Source: Spirochaetia bacterium (lineage in GTDB: Bacteria > Spirochaetota > Spirochaetia > WTKD01 > G963693115). From it: DNA of 64,000 bases. Position numbers and translations under genes: made by a program. Of the stretch, positions 52,077-60,553 are shown in pieces. The stretch is from NCBI GenBank assembly GCA_965226055.1, contig CBDDCA010000004.1, positions 32,001 through 96,000 of the forward strand. Reading direction: 5' to 3'. The notes below the pieces were generated by a model. That model did no database searches and was not told the DNA's origin. It was given only the letters and a program-made list of their open reading frames with translations. Every line of letters begins with the position of its first letter. The first letter of the stretch is position 1.

Positions 52077-52721
52077 ATGGAAGAAGAAGTCAAAATAAAT
52101 TGGAAATATATAGTAGATGAGAAACATTTTAAAAAAAACCCTGAAATACTAAACTTTATTTATGATAATGCAATAAAACTTATTAATAGTATAAAAACAG
52201 TATCAGATAAACATAATTCAAAAGCTACAGTTTTATTAACAAGCTGCATACTAATAATAGTTGCAATGATACCTATAATTAAAGGAATAATACCTGCAGT
52301 ACCAAAAGATATATATCTTAATAGTATGATAAGTACTATTATACTATCAGTTCCATTACTATTATATTTGATATTGTTTGTGCTTGTTTTCGTATATATT
52401 TTTCGTGCAGCTCTGAAATTTAATAATATATTAGGAATAGAGAGTGAAGTTTTTCCATACCCAACTCCTTCAGCTTTTTTTGATAATGAATTATATAAGA
52501 ATAATAGTATAAAAATAAAAATAGGAATAATACGATTATTAGAAGATATAATACATGAAAACTATGAAAAGACAGTACAAAAAGATAAACTATTTCTTCA
52601 AGGAAAAAAAATGTTTCAAAAAGGGATTGTTTTGTTGTGCTGTGCATTCATATTATTTTTGATAATGCACATAGTGATAACACCATTATTAAAATATATG
52701 TTACTTTTAGGGGTGCTATAA
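52077..52721 (+). CDS. 3-TM membrane protein of the repeated convergent module
   Basis: Three hydrophobic segments (SKATVLLTSCILII, second TM, C-terminal TM after QKDKLF). TGnTATAAT 6 nt before ATG 52077; paralog pseudogene at 6930-7216. Confidence 0.75.
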   Translation: MEEEVKINWKYIVDEKHFKKNPEILNFIYDNAIKLINSIKTVSDKHNSKATVLLTSCILIIVAMIPIIKGIIPAVPKDIYLNSMISTIILSVPLLLYLILFVLVFVYIFRAALKFNNILGIESEVFPYPTPSAFFDNELYKNNSIKIKIGIIRLLEDIIHENYEKTVQKDKLFLQGKKMFQKGIVLLCCAFILFLIMHIVITPLLKYMLLLGVL

Positions 52722-52735
52722 AATTGTTATATGTA

Positions 52736-52888
52736 CTATTTCTTTGCGTAATTGTTTTTTTCTTTATTAGTTTTTGAGGGGAAATTTACATTTTCTTGTG
52801 CTCTCATGTACTTGCTAATACTAAAAGATGGTATGGTATTAGAAAAATTTACTTCTTTTGTAGTATTTTCTTTTTTCATTTTACTCAT
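52736..52888 (-). CDS. 50-aa basic small protein (SFxxSKYMxAQE family), copy 2 (not in ORF track)
   Basis: MSKMKKENTTKEVNFSNTIPSFSISKYMRAQENVNFPSKTNKEKNNYAKK; same length and motif as 6769-6921; TGnTATTAT 6 nt upstream. Confidence 0.65.
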   Translation of the reverse strand: MSKMKKENTTKEVNFSNTIPSFSISKYMRAQENVNFPSKTNKEKNNYAKK

Positions 52889-53049
52889 AAGTTTATAATA
52901 GCATATTATATAGTTTTTTAGTCAATGAAAAGCACAAGTTCAAGTATTAAATGTGAAAAAGAAGTGCAAAATCCACAGTTACATTATTTTTTTATTTACT
53001 TTATAATAGTAACTAAAGAAAGTAACTATGAGTACTGAGAGAGGAAGTT

Positions 53050-54054
53050 ATGCAAAGTTTTTTTAATCAACCAAACCAAGTTGTTGATGATATGCTAAAA
53101 GGGTTTGTAAAGCATCATAGGTCTCTAGTGTCCACTACTTCTAATCCAAGAGTCCTTAAATACAAGGATGCTCCTATTGCCAATAAAGTTGGTATAGTGA
53201 CAGGAGGAGGGTCAGGACATAAACCTGCTTTTATAGGATATATTGGGCGTAATATGGTAGATGCTGTAGCGGTAGGCGAGATATTTTCGTCTCCTACGGC
53301 ACAGGCTTTTTTAGATGCGTTTAAGGCTGCTGATAGTGGAAAAGGGGTAGCCTGTTTGTATGGTAACTATGCAGGTGATAATATGAATGTGAAAATGGCC
53401 ATAAAGATGGCTTCTGCACAGGGAATTACTGTAAAAACTGTGGTGGCAAATGATGATGTACCATCAGCATCTCTTAATGAGAGGGAAAAAAGGCGGGGAG
53501 TAGCAGGCGAAATCATGATGTGGAAAGTTGCTGCGGCTTTAGCTGCACAAGGATCAGATTTGGACACGGTCATATCTGGGGCACAGAAAGCAATAGATAA
53601 TACTCGAAGCATAGGAGTTGGTTTAGCTCCTTGTAGTATTCCTGAGGTAGGTAAGCCTAATTTTACGATAGAGGAAGGCAAGATGGAGTTTGGCATAGGG
53701 CATCATGGGGAACCAGGTATTCGTATTGAGGATCTTAAAACAGCAGATGAAATAGCCACAGAAATGGTAGAAACAGTAGTGCAGGATAAACCTTTTGTGT
53801 CAAGTGATAATGTAGTAGTGTTATTATCAGGGTTGGGAGCAACAACCTTTATGGAACAATATATTTTGTATAATAAGGTGGAAGAAGTACTACAGAAGAA
53901 AGGTATACAGGTACATGCATCATATGTAGGAAACTATTTTACTTCTCTTGAAATGAAAGGGGCAACATTGACACTTATGAAAGTGGATGATGATATGAAG
54001 TCTCTTGTTGATATAGAAACTGAGAGTATGGGACTTACTCAATTTCAAAGGTAG
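53050..54054 (+). CDS. dhaK: Dihydroxyacetone/tetrose kinase subunit DhaK-like
   Basis: GGGSGHKP, GEIFSSP, NYAGD, RRGVAG, GIGHHGEPG. Confidence 0.9.
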   Translation: MQSFFNQPNQVVDDMLKGFVKHHRSLVSTTSNPRVLKYKDAPIANKVGIVTGGGSGHKPAFIGYIGRNMVDAVAVGEIFSSPTAQAFLDAFKAADSGKGVACLYGNYAGDNMNVKMAIKMASAQGITVKTVVANDDVPSASLNEREKRRGVAGEIMMWKVAAALAAQGSDLDTVISGAQKAIDNTRSIGVGLAPCSIPEVGKPNFTIEEGKMEFGIGHHGEPGIRIEDLKTADEIATEMVETVVQDKPFVSSDNVVVLLSGLGATTFMEQYILYNKVEEVLQKKGIQVHASYVGNYFTSLEMKGATLTLMKVDDDMKSLVDIETESMGLTQFQR

Positions 54055-54060
54055 TATAAT

Positions 54061-54717
54061 ATGTCTGTTTCATATCCTATTATTCAGGTATCAATAGATA
54101 CCAAAACTATAGAAGAAGGTGTTCGTCAAGCAAAAATAGCTCTAGCGTCAGGAGCTGATTGGATAGAGGTTGGTACATCGCTTATAACATTTGAGGGATT
54201 ATCTGCAATAGATTCTTTTGTGTCTCTTGTTGATTCACAAAAAGTATTAGTAGATTATAAGACACTTGATGGAGTAGCTCAGTATTTTGAAGCAACAGGG
54301 CAACGAGGGGCACATATTGCTACTACAATGGCAATTACAAATGAGTACAGTCTCAAAAAAGCCATAGAAGCTGGTCGTAATCATAATGTAAAAGTAATGG
54401 TAGATTTATTTTCGTTTCCCGTTGAGAACATGGCAAAAAAAACACAGCAAATACAGGCATTAGGAGCAGATTATGTTCTTGTGCATCTTGGTATAGATGA
54501 ATTTCGTGATCCTCAAGGAGAAAAAGATCCTCTCAAAGGATTAGATGAAGTAGTCTCTGTGGCAACTATTCCAGTAGCGGTGGTTGTGTTTACATTGGAG
54601 CAAGCCATTGAGGCAGTAGCACGAGGGGCACGTATTATACTCATAGGTACGCCTATTATTGAATCAGAGAATGCTCAGGAAGAGTTAAGTGAATTTATAA
54701 AGAGAATAAAGCAATAA
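54061..54717 (+). CDS. OMP decarboxylase/HUMPS superfamily enzyme (HPS/KGPDC-like)
   Basis: IQVSID, DWIEVGT, VDYKTLD (DxKxxD), VHLGID. Confidence 0.8.
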   Translation: MSVSYPIIQVSIDTKTIEEGVRQAKIALASGADWIEVGTSLITFEGLSAIDSFVSLVDSQKVLVDYKTLDGVAQYFEATGQRGAHIATTMAITNEYSLKKAIEAGRNHNVKVMVDLFSFPVENMAKKTQQIQALGADYVLVHLGIDEFRDPQGEKDPLKGLDEVVSVATIPVAVVVFTLEQAIEAVARGARIILIGTPIIESENAQEELSEFIKRIKQ

Positions 54718-54746
54718 TATCGCAAATATAATTAGGAGGTTATTAT

Positions 54747-55130
54747 ATGAATATTATTCATGAGAGTAACGCTGAAGCACAAGTAATTGATGCACCATTT
54801 AAGCGTGTTATACGACATATTTCTGCTCCGTGGACTTTAGGTAGTACACAGTTGTGGTTAGGGACTACTTCTATAGAGCCAGGCTATACGAGTAATCCTC
54901 ATTCTCATAAAGATCAAGAAGAAGTCTTTTACTGTGTTTCAGGGAAAGGAAGAATCAGAGTTGATGATGAAGAAGAAAATTTTTCTCCAGGAGATGTGTG
55001 TTATGTTCCTGCTGGGTGTGTTCATCAGCTTATCAATACAGGAGAAGAAGTTCTCAAAGTAGTAGCTGCTGTTTCGCCCCCTTTTGAGCAAGAGCAGTTT
55101 AAGAAAGATCATGCAATAGATGAAAGTTAG
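54747..55130 (+). CDS. Cupin domain protein
   Basis: PHSHKDQEEVFY..SGKG, GD..YVPAGCVH. Confidence 0.88.
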   Translation: MNIIHESNAEAQVIDAPFKRVIRHISAPWTLGSTQLWLGTTSIEPGYTSNPHSHKDQEEVFYCVSGKGRIRVDDEEENFSPGDVCYVPAGCVHQLINTGEEVLKVVAAVSPPFEQEQFKKDHAIDES

Positions 55131-55140
55131 GAGGTATATT

Positions 55141-56169
55141 GTGTTGAAAAAAAGTATATTTTTTATATGTATAGCATTATTATATGCAAGTGCGGTAGTA
55201 TGGGCAGGAGGAGAAAGTGAAGGTACAAAAGATTCAGATACTTCTGTGTCTTTTACTTTAGCTCATAATCATAAAGAGAATGGTATGTATCATATTGGTG
55301 CTATCAAATTTAAGGAATTAGTTGAATCTCGGACTGATGGTATGATAACTATTGATATTTTTTCGGGAGGACAGTTAGGGGCAGATAGGGAGATACAAGA
55401 AGGCATTGAGCTTGGTACTATTGATATGGGTGTTTCAAGTTCCCCTGTAGCAAGTATCAATGATTATGCAAAGCTATTGGATGCTCCTTATTTATTTGTC
55501 AATAGAGAGCATGTCACTGAGGTGTTAGATGGCGATTTAGGAAAAAGAATTTCGGCTCCTTTAGACAAGAAAAATATCAAGCAACTAGCGTTTTGGGAAA
55601 ATGGGTTTCGGCAAATTACCAATAATAAGAGACCTATTGTTATACCATCTGATTTAAGTGGCTTAAAGTTACGCACTCCAGAAAATGCGGTAAGATTAGA
55701 GACATTTAAGACTTTTGGAGCAAACCCTACTCCTATGTCATTTAAGGAAGTGTTTGGAGCATTACAGCAGGGAGTAATAGACGGTCAAGAAAATCCTCTT
55801 GCTGTTATCAATCAAGGCTCTCTTTTCGAAGTACAAACATATCTTTCGATATCAAACCATGTGTATTCTGCAGCACACTTTTTGATGAATAAAGAAAAGT
55901 TTGATGCATTATCTCAAGATATGCAAAATATCCTCTTAGAAGCAGCGGTTGAAACAGCAAAATATACTCGTAGCGTAGGAAAGGATCAAGATATAACATT
56001 AATAGGAAAATTACAAGATGATGGTATGGAAGTAAATGAGGTAGATACAAGTTCATTTGTAGATGCAGGAAAATCAGTGTGGGGGAATATAGTATCGTCT
56101 AATATGTATCCAGATGCACAAGAAATAGTAGATGAAATTTCGGTATTAGGACAAAAATATCTGAAATAA
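55141..56169 (+). CDS. dctP: TRAP transporter substrate-binding protein
   Basis: GQLG..RE, ENGFRQIT, GLKLR, ALQQGVIDGQENP; GTG start after SD AGGAGG. Confidence 0.92.
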   Translation: MLKKSIFFICIALLYASAVVWAGGESEGTKDSDTSVSFTLAHNHKENGMYHIGAIKFKELVESRTDGMITIDIFSGGQLGADREIQEGIELGTIDMGVSSSPVASINDYAKLLDAPYLFVNREHVTEVLDGDLGKRISAPLDKKNIKQLAFWENGFRQITNNKRPIVIPSDLSGLKLRTPENAVRLETFKTFGANPTPMSFKEVFGALQQGVIDGQENPLAVINQGSLFEVQTYLSISNHVYSAAHFLMNKEKFDALSQDMQNILLEAAVETAKYTRSVGKDQDITLIGKLQDDGMEVNEVDTSSFVDAGKSVWGNIVSSNMYPDAQEIVDEISVLGQKYLK

Positions 56170-56187
56170 ATTATATTACATTATTGT

Positions 56188-56709
56188 ATGAGTACTTATT
56201 CTAGTAGTCCAGTGGCAAGAAAGATTATTACTATTTGTAATAAGATTATTGATTTGTTTCTTGTTTTCCTTGTAATAGGAATGTCTCTTGTAGTACTCAT
56301 ACAGGTATTATTTAGGTATGTATTTGTTTCTCCTTTATCGTGGCCAGAAGAAACAACACGTTTAATGCTTGTATGGCTGAGTTTCTTAGGAGGCTATGTT
56401 GCCTTAAGAGAAAATCAACACATGAGTTTTATGCTTCTCATTAAAAAGATTGCTCAGCCTTATCGTGTAATACTTGAAATTGTACGTGAAATATCTATTA
56501 TTATATTTCTTATTGTTATTGTCATTGAAGGTACTAGATTTTCTTTGAAATTTCATGATGTATCGTTTACCTATATTAACATCAGTCTAGGAATTTTTGC
56601 TTATTCGGTATTTCCTATTGCTGGAACATGTATGCTATGTAAGTCAGTAGTCAATTTCTGGGATCTCATTAGTAGCACATTTCTAAAAAAGGAGAAAGAG
56701 CAAGCATGA
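56188..56709 (+). CDS. dctQ: TRAP transporter small permease
   Basis: QVLFRY..PLSWPEE, 4 TM. Confidence 0.9.
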   Translation: MSTYSSSPVARKIITICNKIIDLFLVFLVIGMSLVVLIQVLFRYVFVSPLSWPEETTRLMLVWLSFLGGYVALRENQHMSFMLLIKKIAQPYRVILEIVREISIIIFLIVIVIEGTRFSLKFHDVSFTYINISLGIFAYSVFPIAGTCMLCKSVVNFWDLISSTFLKKEKEQA

Positions 56710-57986
56710 CTGCAGTACTTGTATTTTTTCTTTTGTTTATGTATATTTTTATTGGAACTCCTATTGTATTTTCATTAGGGTTGGCTGCTTTTGGTTTTCT
56801 TATTTTGGTGTTGAACGATATTCCTCTCACAATTATTGTACAAAATTTATATAATGGTGCAAATAGCTTTACTTTGTTAGCGGTGCCTTTGTTTATTTTT
56901 ACAGGCTCTCTTATGAATCTAACAAATATATCAAAGCATATATTTGATTTTGCTGCTTCATTGGTAGGGCATCTAAAAGGAGGGCTTTCTGCAATCAATA
57001 TTGTTACAAGTATGTTGTTTGCGGGAGTATCTGGGACTTCAGTGGCTGATACTGCAGCAGTGGGAGCAGTAGTGATTCCTGCTATGAAGCAAAGAGGATA
57101 TAAAGCAGATTTTGCTGCTGCTGTAACAGCGTCTTCTTCTACTATTGGTATTATTATTCCTCCTAGTGTTCCTATGATATTATATGCGGTTGCAGAAGGT
57201 ATATCAGTGACGAAATTATTTATTGCAGGTATTTTACCTGGTATTTTAATTGGGCTTGCATTGCTTGTAGTTTCTACCATTATTTCTATAAAAGAAAATT
57301 ATGGGAGCGAAGATACTTTTTCTGTAAAAAAAGTATTTGTTAGCTTTTTTGTTGCTATTCCTGCTTTGTTGTTGCCAGTGATAATATTAGGGGGTATATT
57401 GGGAGGAATATTTACTCCTACCGAAGCTGCTGCAGTAGCGGTGTTCTATGTATTGTTTTTAGGGACCATAACAAGACAATTAAATATACATAAGATATAT
57501 ACAGCAGCAAAAGAGACAGTTATATTTAGTGGATCAGTATTGATGATTATAGCAAGTGCAAAAATAGTTGCATGGGTATTTGCTCGTGCAGCAATACCAC
57601 AGACTTTGGTGGAACCTTTTTTAAGTATCACTAAGTCTCCAGTATTGTTTCTTTGGATTGTCTCTGGTATTCTTATTGTAGCTGGTACATTTCTTCATGG
57701 TACTGCTATGCTGGTTATTCTTGTGCCGCTTTTTATTCCTCTTATGGAATCATTTCATATTCCTCATCTACAGTTTGCTATGACAGTAATTATTTGTTGG
57801 GGAATAGGACAGCAGACACCGCCTGTAGGGTCAGCATTATTTATTACTTGTTCTCTCGCAAAGGTGGATGTATGGGAGCTTACAAAAGCTAATTTGCCGT
57901 TTATATGTGCTATGATAGCAATATTAGCAGCAGTTATTCATATGCCATTTTTATCGGTATGGTTACCTAATCTTATATTGCAGTAA
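56706..57986 (+). CDS. dctM: TRAP transporter large permease
   Basis: LLAVPLF, SGTSVAD, IIPPS, FTPTEAA, TPPVG. Confidence 0.93.
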   Translation: MTAVLVFFLLFMYIFIGTPIVFSLGLAAFGFLILVLNDIPLTIIVQNLYNGANSFTLLAVPLFIFTGSLMNLTNISKHIFDFAASLVGHLKGGLSAINIVTSMLFAGVSGTSVADTAAVGAVVIPAMKQRGYKADFAAAVTASSSTIGIIIPPSVPMILYAVAEGISVTKLFIAGILPGILIGLALLVVSTIISIKENYGSEDTFSVKKVFVSFFVAIPALLLPVIILGGILGGIFTPTEAAAVAVFYVLFLGTITRQLNIHKIYTAAKETVIFSGSVLMIIASAKIVAWVFARAAIPQTLVEPFLSITKSPVLFLWIVSGILIVAGTFLHGTAMLVILVPLFIPLMESFHIPHLQFAMTVIICWGIGQQTPPVGSALFITCSLAKVDVWELTKANLPFICAMIAILAAVIHMPFLSVWLPNLILQ

Positions 57987-57994
57987 GGAGATAT

Positions 57995-58990
57995 ATGAAA
58001 AAAAAGAGAATCGCTATTTTATTGGGAGATCCTACTGGGATTGGTCCAGAACTTATTATAAAAGTACTATCTACACTTAAGCCTCATCCGTCTATTCAAT
58101 ATGTACTTATTGGAGACAAAAGAGTACTAGAGCAGGCCTTTGAAATAGTAAAAGTACGTATTGTATTGCCAATTATTGAGCGTATAGATGAAAATATATC
58201 TGAGGAAGATATAGTATTTTATGATTACGCTACAATATCAAGTACTGAATATGAGATAGGTACAGTGAATATCAAAGGAGGACTTTCTGTTGTAACTACT
58301 CTTAAGTATGCTATTGAGTTGGCAAAAAAAGAGCTGATACATGGGATACTCTTTGCACCATTTAATAAACAGGCTATGCATGAGGCTGGTTTGCCTTTTG
58401 AAAGTGAGTTAGAATATTTTAAGGATACTTTTTCAATTCCGACTATTCCGGGAGAACTTAATATTGTTGGAGATATATGGACAATGCGGGTAACATCACA
58501 TGTTCCACTAAAGCAGGTAAGCAGTTTGCTCAGTATTGATACTATTGAATATGCAATAGAATTTCTTAATACACAGCTTGTTAATGCTGGTAGAGGAGGA
58601 GCGAAAATTGCGGTATCAGGCTTAAATCCACATAATGGAGAAAATGGTTTATTTGGTACAGAAGAGCAAGAGTATATTACTCCTGCCATTGAAAGAGCAA
58701 AACAAAAACAGATACATGCTGTGGGTCCTTTTCCTGCAGATACTTTATTCTTACGCTTAGAAAAAGAAAAGATAGATGCCATTGTGTGTATGTATCACGA
58801 TCAAGCTCAAATTGGATTAAAATTGCTTGGTTTTGATAAAGGCATGACACTTCATGCAGGGTTTCCTATTCCTATTGGTACGCCTGCACATGGAACAGCG
58901 TTTGATATAGCAGGAAAAAATATTGCATCTGCTTCAGCGTGTGAACATGCACTTTCGATAATAACTTCAATAGTGGAGCGACAAGCATGA
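57995..58990 (+). CDS. pdxA: PdxA-family decarboxylating dehydrogenase (catabolic PdxA2/TphB-like)
   Basis: GDPTGIGPE, APFNK, GLNPHNGE, GPFPADT, MYHDQ, TPAHGTAFDIAG. Confidence 0.88.
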   Translation: MKKKRIAILLGDPTGIGPELIIKVLSTLKPHPSIQYVLIGDKRVLEQAFEIVKVRIVLPIIERIDENISEEDIVFYDYATISSTEYEIGTVNIKGGLSVVTTLKYAIELAKKELIHGILFAPFNKQAMHEAGLPFESELEYFKDTFSIPTIPGELNIVGDIWTMRVTSHVPLKQVSSLLSIDTIEYAIEFLNTQLVNAGRGGAKIAVSGLNPHNGENGLFGTEEQEYITPAIERAKQKQIHAVGPFPADTLFLRLEKEKIDAIVCMYHDQAQIGLKLLGFDKGMTLHAGFPIPIGTPAHGTAFDIAGKNIASASACEHALSIITSIVERQA

Positions 58991-59376
58991 GTATAGGCAT
59001 ATCTTTCCAGTTGGAACATGTTGGTATTGGAGCAAAAGATACTACTACACTTGCACAGTGGTATTGTGAGATATTTGGGCTACAAATTGTATATCAAACT
59101 TCTGATGAAATTCCTATTTATTTTTTAGGGCATCCTGCTATTGATTTTAAGCTAGAAATATTTCCTCTTGATGTTCCACAAAAGTTTGAAGAAACAGGAA
59201 TACATATTAGCTTTAAGGTATCAAGCTTAGACGAAACACTGAGTTATTTTGATAATAAAGGCATAGAATATGGTGCTGTAAAGCATCTTATGAAAAATGG
59301 AAAGACTGTATTTTTCAAAGATCCAGTAGGACATATATTACAAATAGTGGAACGTCCTATACAATTATGGGAATAA
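58987..59376 (+). CDS. VOC/glyoxalase family protein
   Basis: EHVGI..D...WY..IFG, HISFKV, FFKDPVGHILQI. Confidence 0.85.
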   Translation: MSIGISFQLEHVGIGAKDTTTLAQWYCEIFGLQIVYQTSDEIPIYFLGHPAIDFKLEIFPLDVPQKFEETGIHISFKVSSLDETLSYFDNKGIEYGAVKHLMKNGKTVFFKDPVGHILQIVERPIQLWE

Positions 59377-59401
59377 TAAAGACATAAGAAAGGAGTCAAA
59401 A

Positions 59402-60052
59402 ATGAGGTCATTTAAGAATGCTCAAGGGGCAGGTATTGTTCATAATATGATAGCTTGTATACAAGATAATAAGGAATTTCTAAGTGAAATTGACGGAAAA
59501 ATAGGGGATGGTGATCATGGTATAAACATGAACAAAGGATTTACTCTCTGCAAAGATCGCCTTGATAAAAATGATGGCTTGAGTACAGCGTTGGACAAAC
59601 TTGGGAATGTTTTACTGACTGAAATTGGTGGTTCTATGGGACCAATATATGGCATGTTTTTTATTGCTATGAAAAACAACAGTGAAGGAGAAGAGGATAT
59701 TGATATAAAGGTATTCTTTACTATGTTGCAGTCAGCATATACGGAGATTGCTGAGATAGGGGGGGCAAAAGTCGGTGATAAAACAATTATGGATACTCTT
59801 GTTCCTGCCTTGCAAGCATATGAACATGCAATGTCTGATAATAAGAGCTTTGTAGAAGCATTACAGGATATGGATGCTGCTGCAGAAAAAGGCTATAAGT
59901 CGACAGAAGATTTAGTGGCAAAAATAGGAAGAGCAAGTAGGTTAGGAGAGCGTTCACGAGGAGTGCTAGATGCAGGAGCAACTTCGTGTTACCTTTTGTT
60001 GCATAGTATGAAAGAAACGATACTAACATTATTACAAGGAGAAGATATATGA
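59402..60052 (+). CDS. dhaL: Dihydroxyacetone/tetrose kinase subunit DhaL-like
   Basis: IGDGDHG, GGSMGPIYG, GDKTIMD, GRASRLGERS, DAGA. Confidence 0.9.
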   Translation: MRSFKNAQGAGIVHNMIACIQDNKEFLSEIDGKIGDGDHGINMNKGFTLCKDRLDKNDGLSTALDKLGNVLLTEIGGSMGPIYGMFFIAMKNNSEGEEDIDIKVFFTMLQSAYTEIAEIGGAKVGDKTIMDTLVPALQAYEHAMSDNKSFVEALQDMDAAAEKGYKSTEDLVAKIGRASRLGERSRGVLDAGATSCYLLLHSMKETILTLLQGEDI

Positions 60053-60489
60053 AAATAGCGATAGGATGTGATCCAAATGCTCAAGAATTAAAGCAGTCAA
60101 TTATTACTATTATTACAGAGCTTCATCATGAATACAAAGATTTTGGCAGTGATGATACAATATATGCAAATGTGTCTATTGAAGTTGCACAGTCAGTTGT
60201 GTCAGGAAAGTTTGATAGAGGGATATTGCTGTGTGGCACTGGTATAGGAGTATCTATTTCTGCAAACAAAGTACAAGGTGCATATGCAGCGTTGGCTTCA
60301 AGTGTGTATGCTGCTTCGAAAGCAGTCACTAGTAATAATGCAAACATATTGTGTATAGGAGCGTTTACAACAGGAAGAGAAGTTGCTTTAAGTATAGTAC
60401 GCACCTATCTTAGCACAAAATACGAGCAAGGAACTCCCTCTGCTGCAAAAATTGCACGCTATGTAGCGTACGATACTTCAAATAAGTAA
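60049..60489 (+). CDS. rpiB: RpiB/LacAB family sugar-phosphate isomerase (possibly DerI-like)
   Basis: IAIGCD, RGILLCGTGIGVSISANKVQG, SNNANIL. Confidence 0.85.
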   Translation: MKIAIGCDPNAQELKQSIITIITELHHEYKDFGSDDTIYANVSIEVAQSVVSGKFDRGILLCGTGIGVSISANKVQGAYAALASSVYAASKAVTSNNANILCIGAFTTGREVALSIVRTYLSTKYEQGTPSAAKIARYVAYDTSNK

Positions 60490-60553
60490 TTATGTTATAG
60501 TATATGTAGCAATATATTTTTAGAGAATGTAATTTTATGGAATGTAGGGAGTA

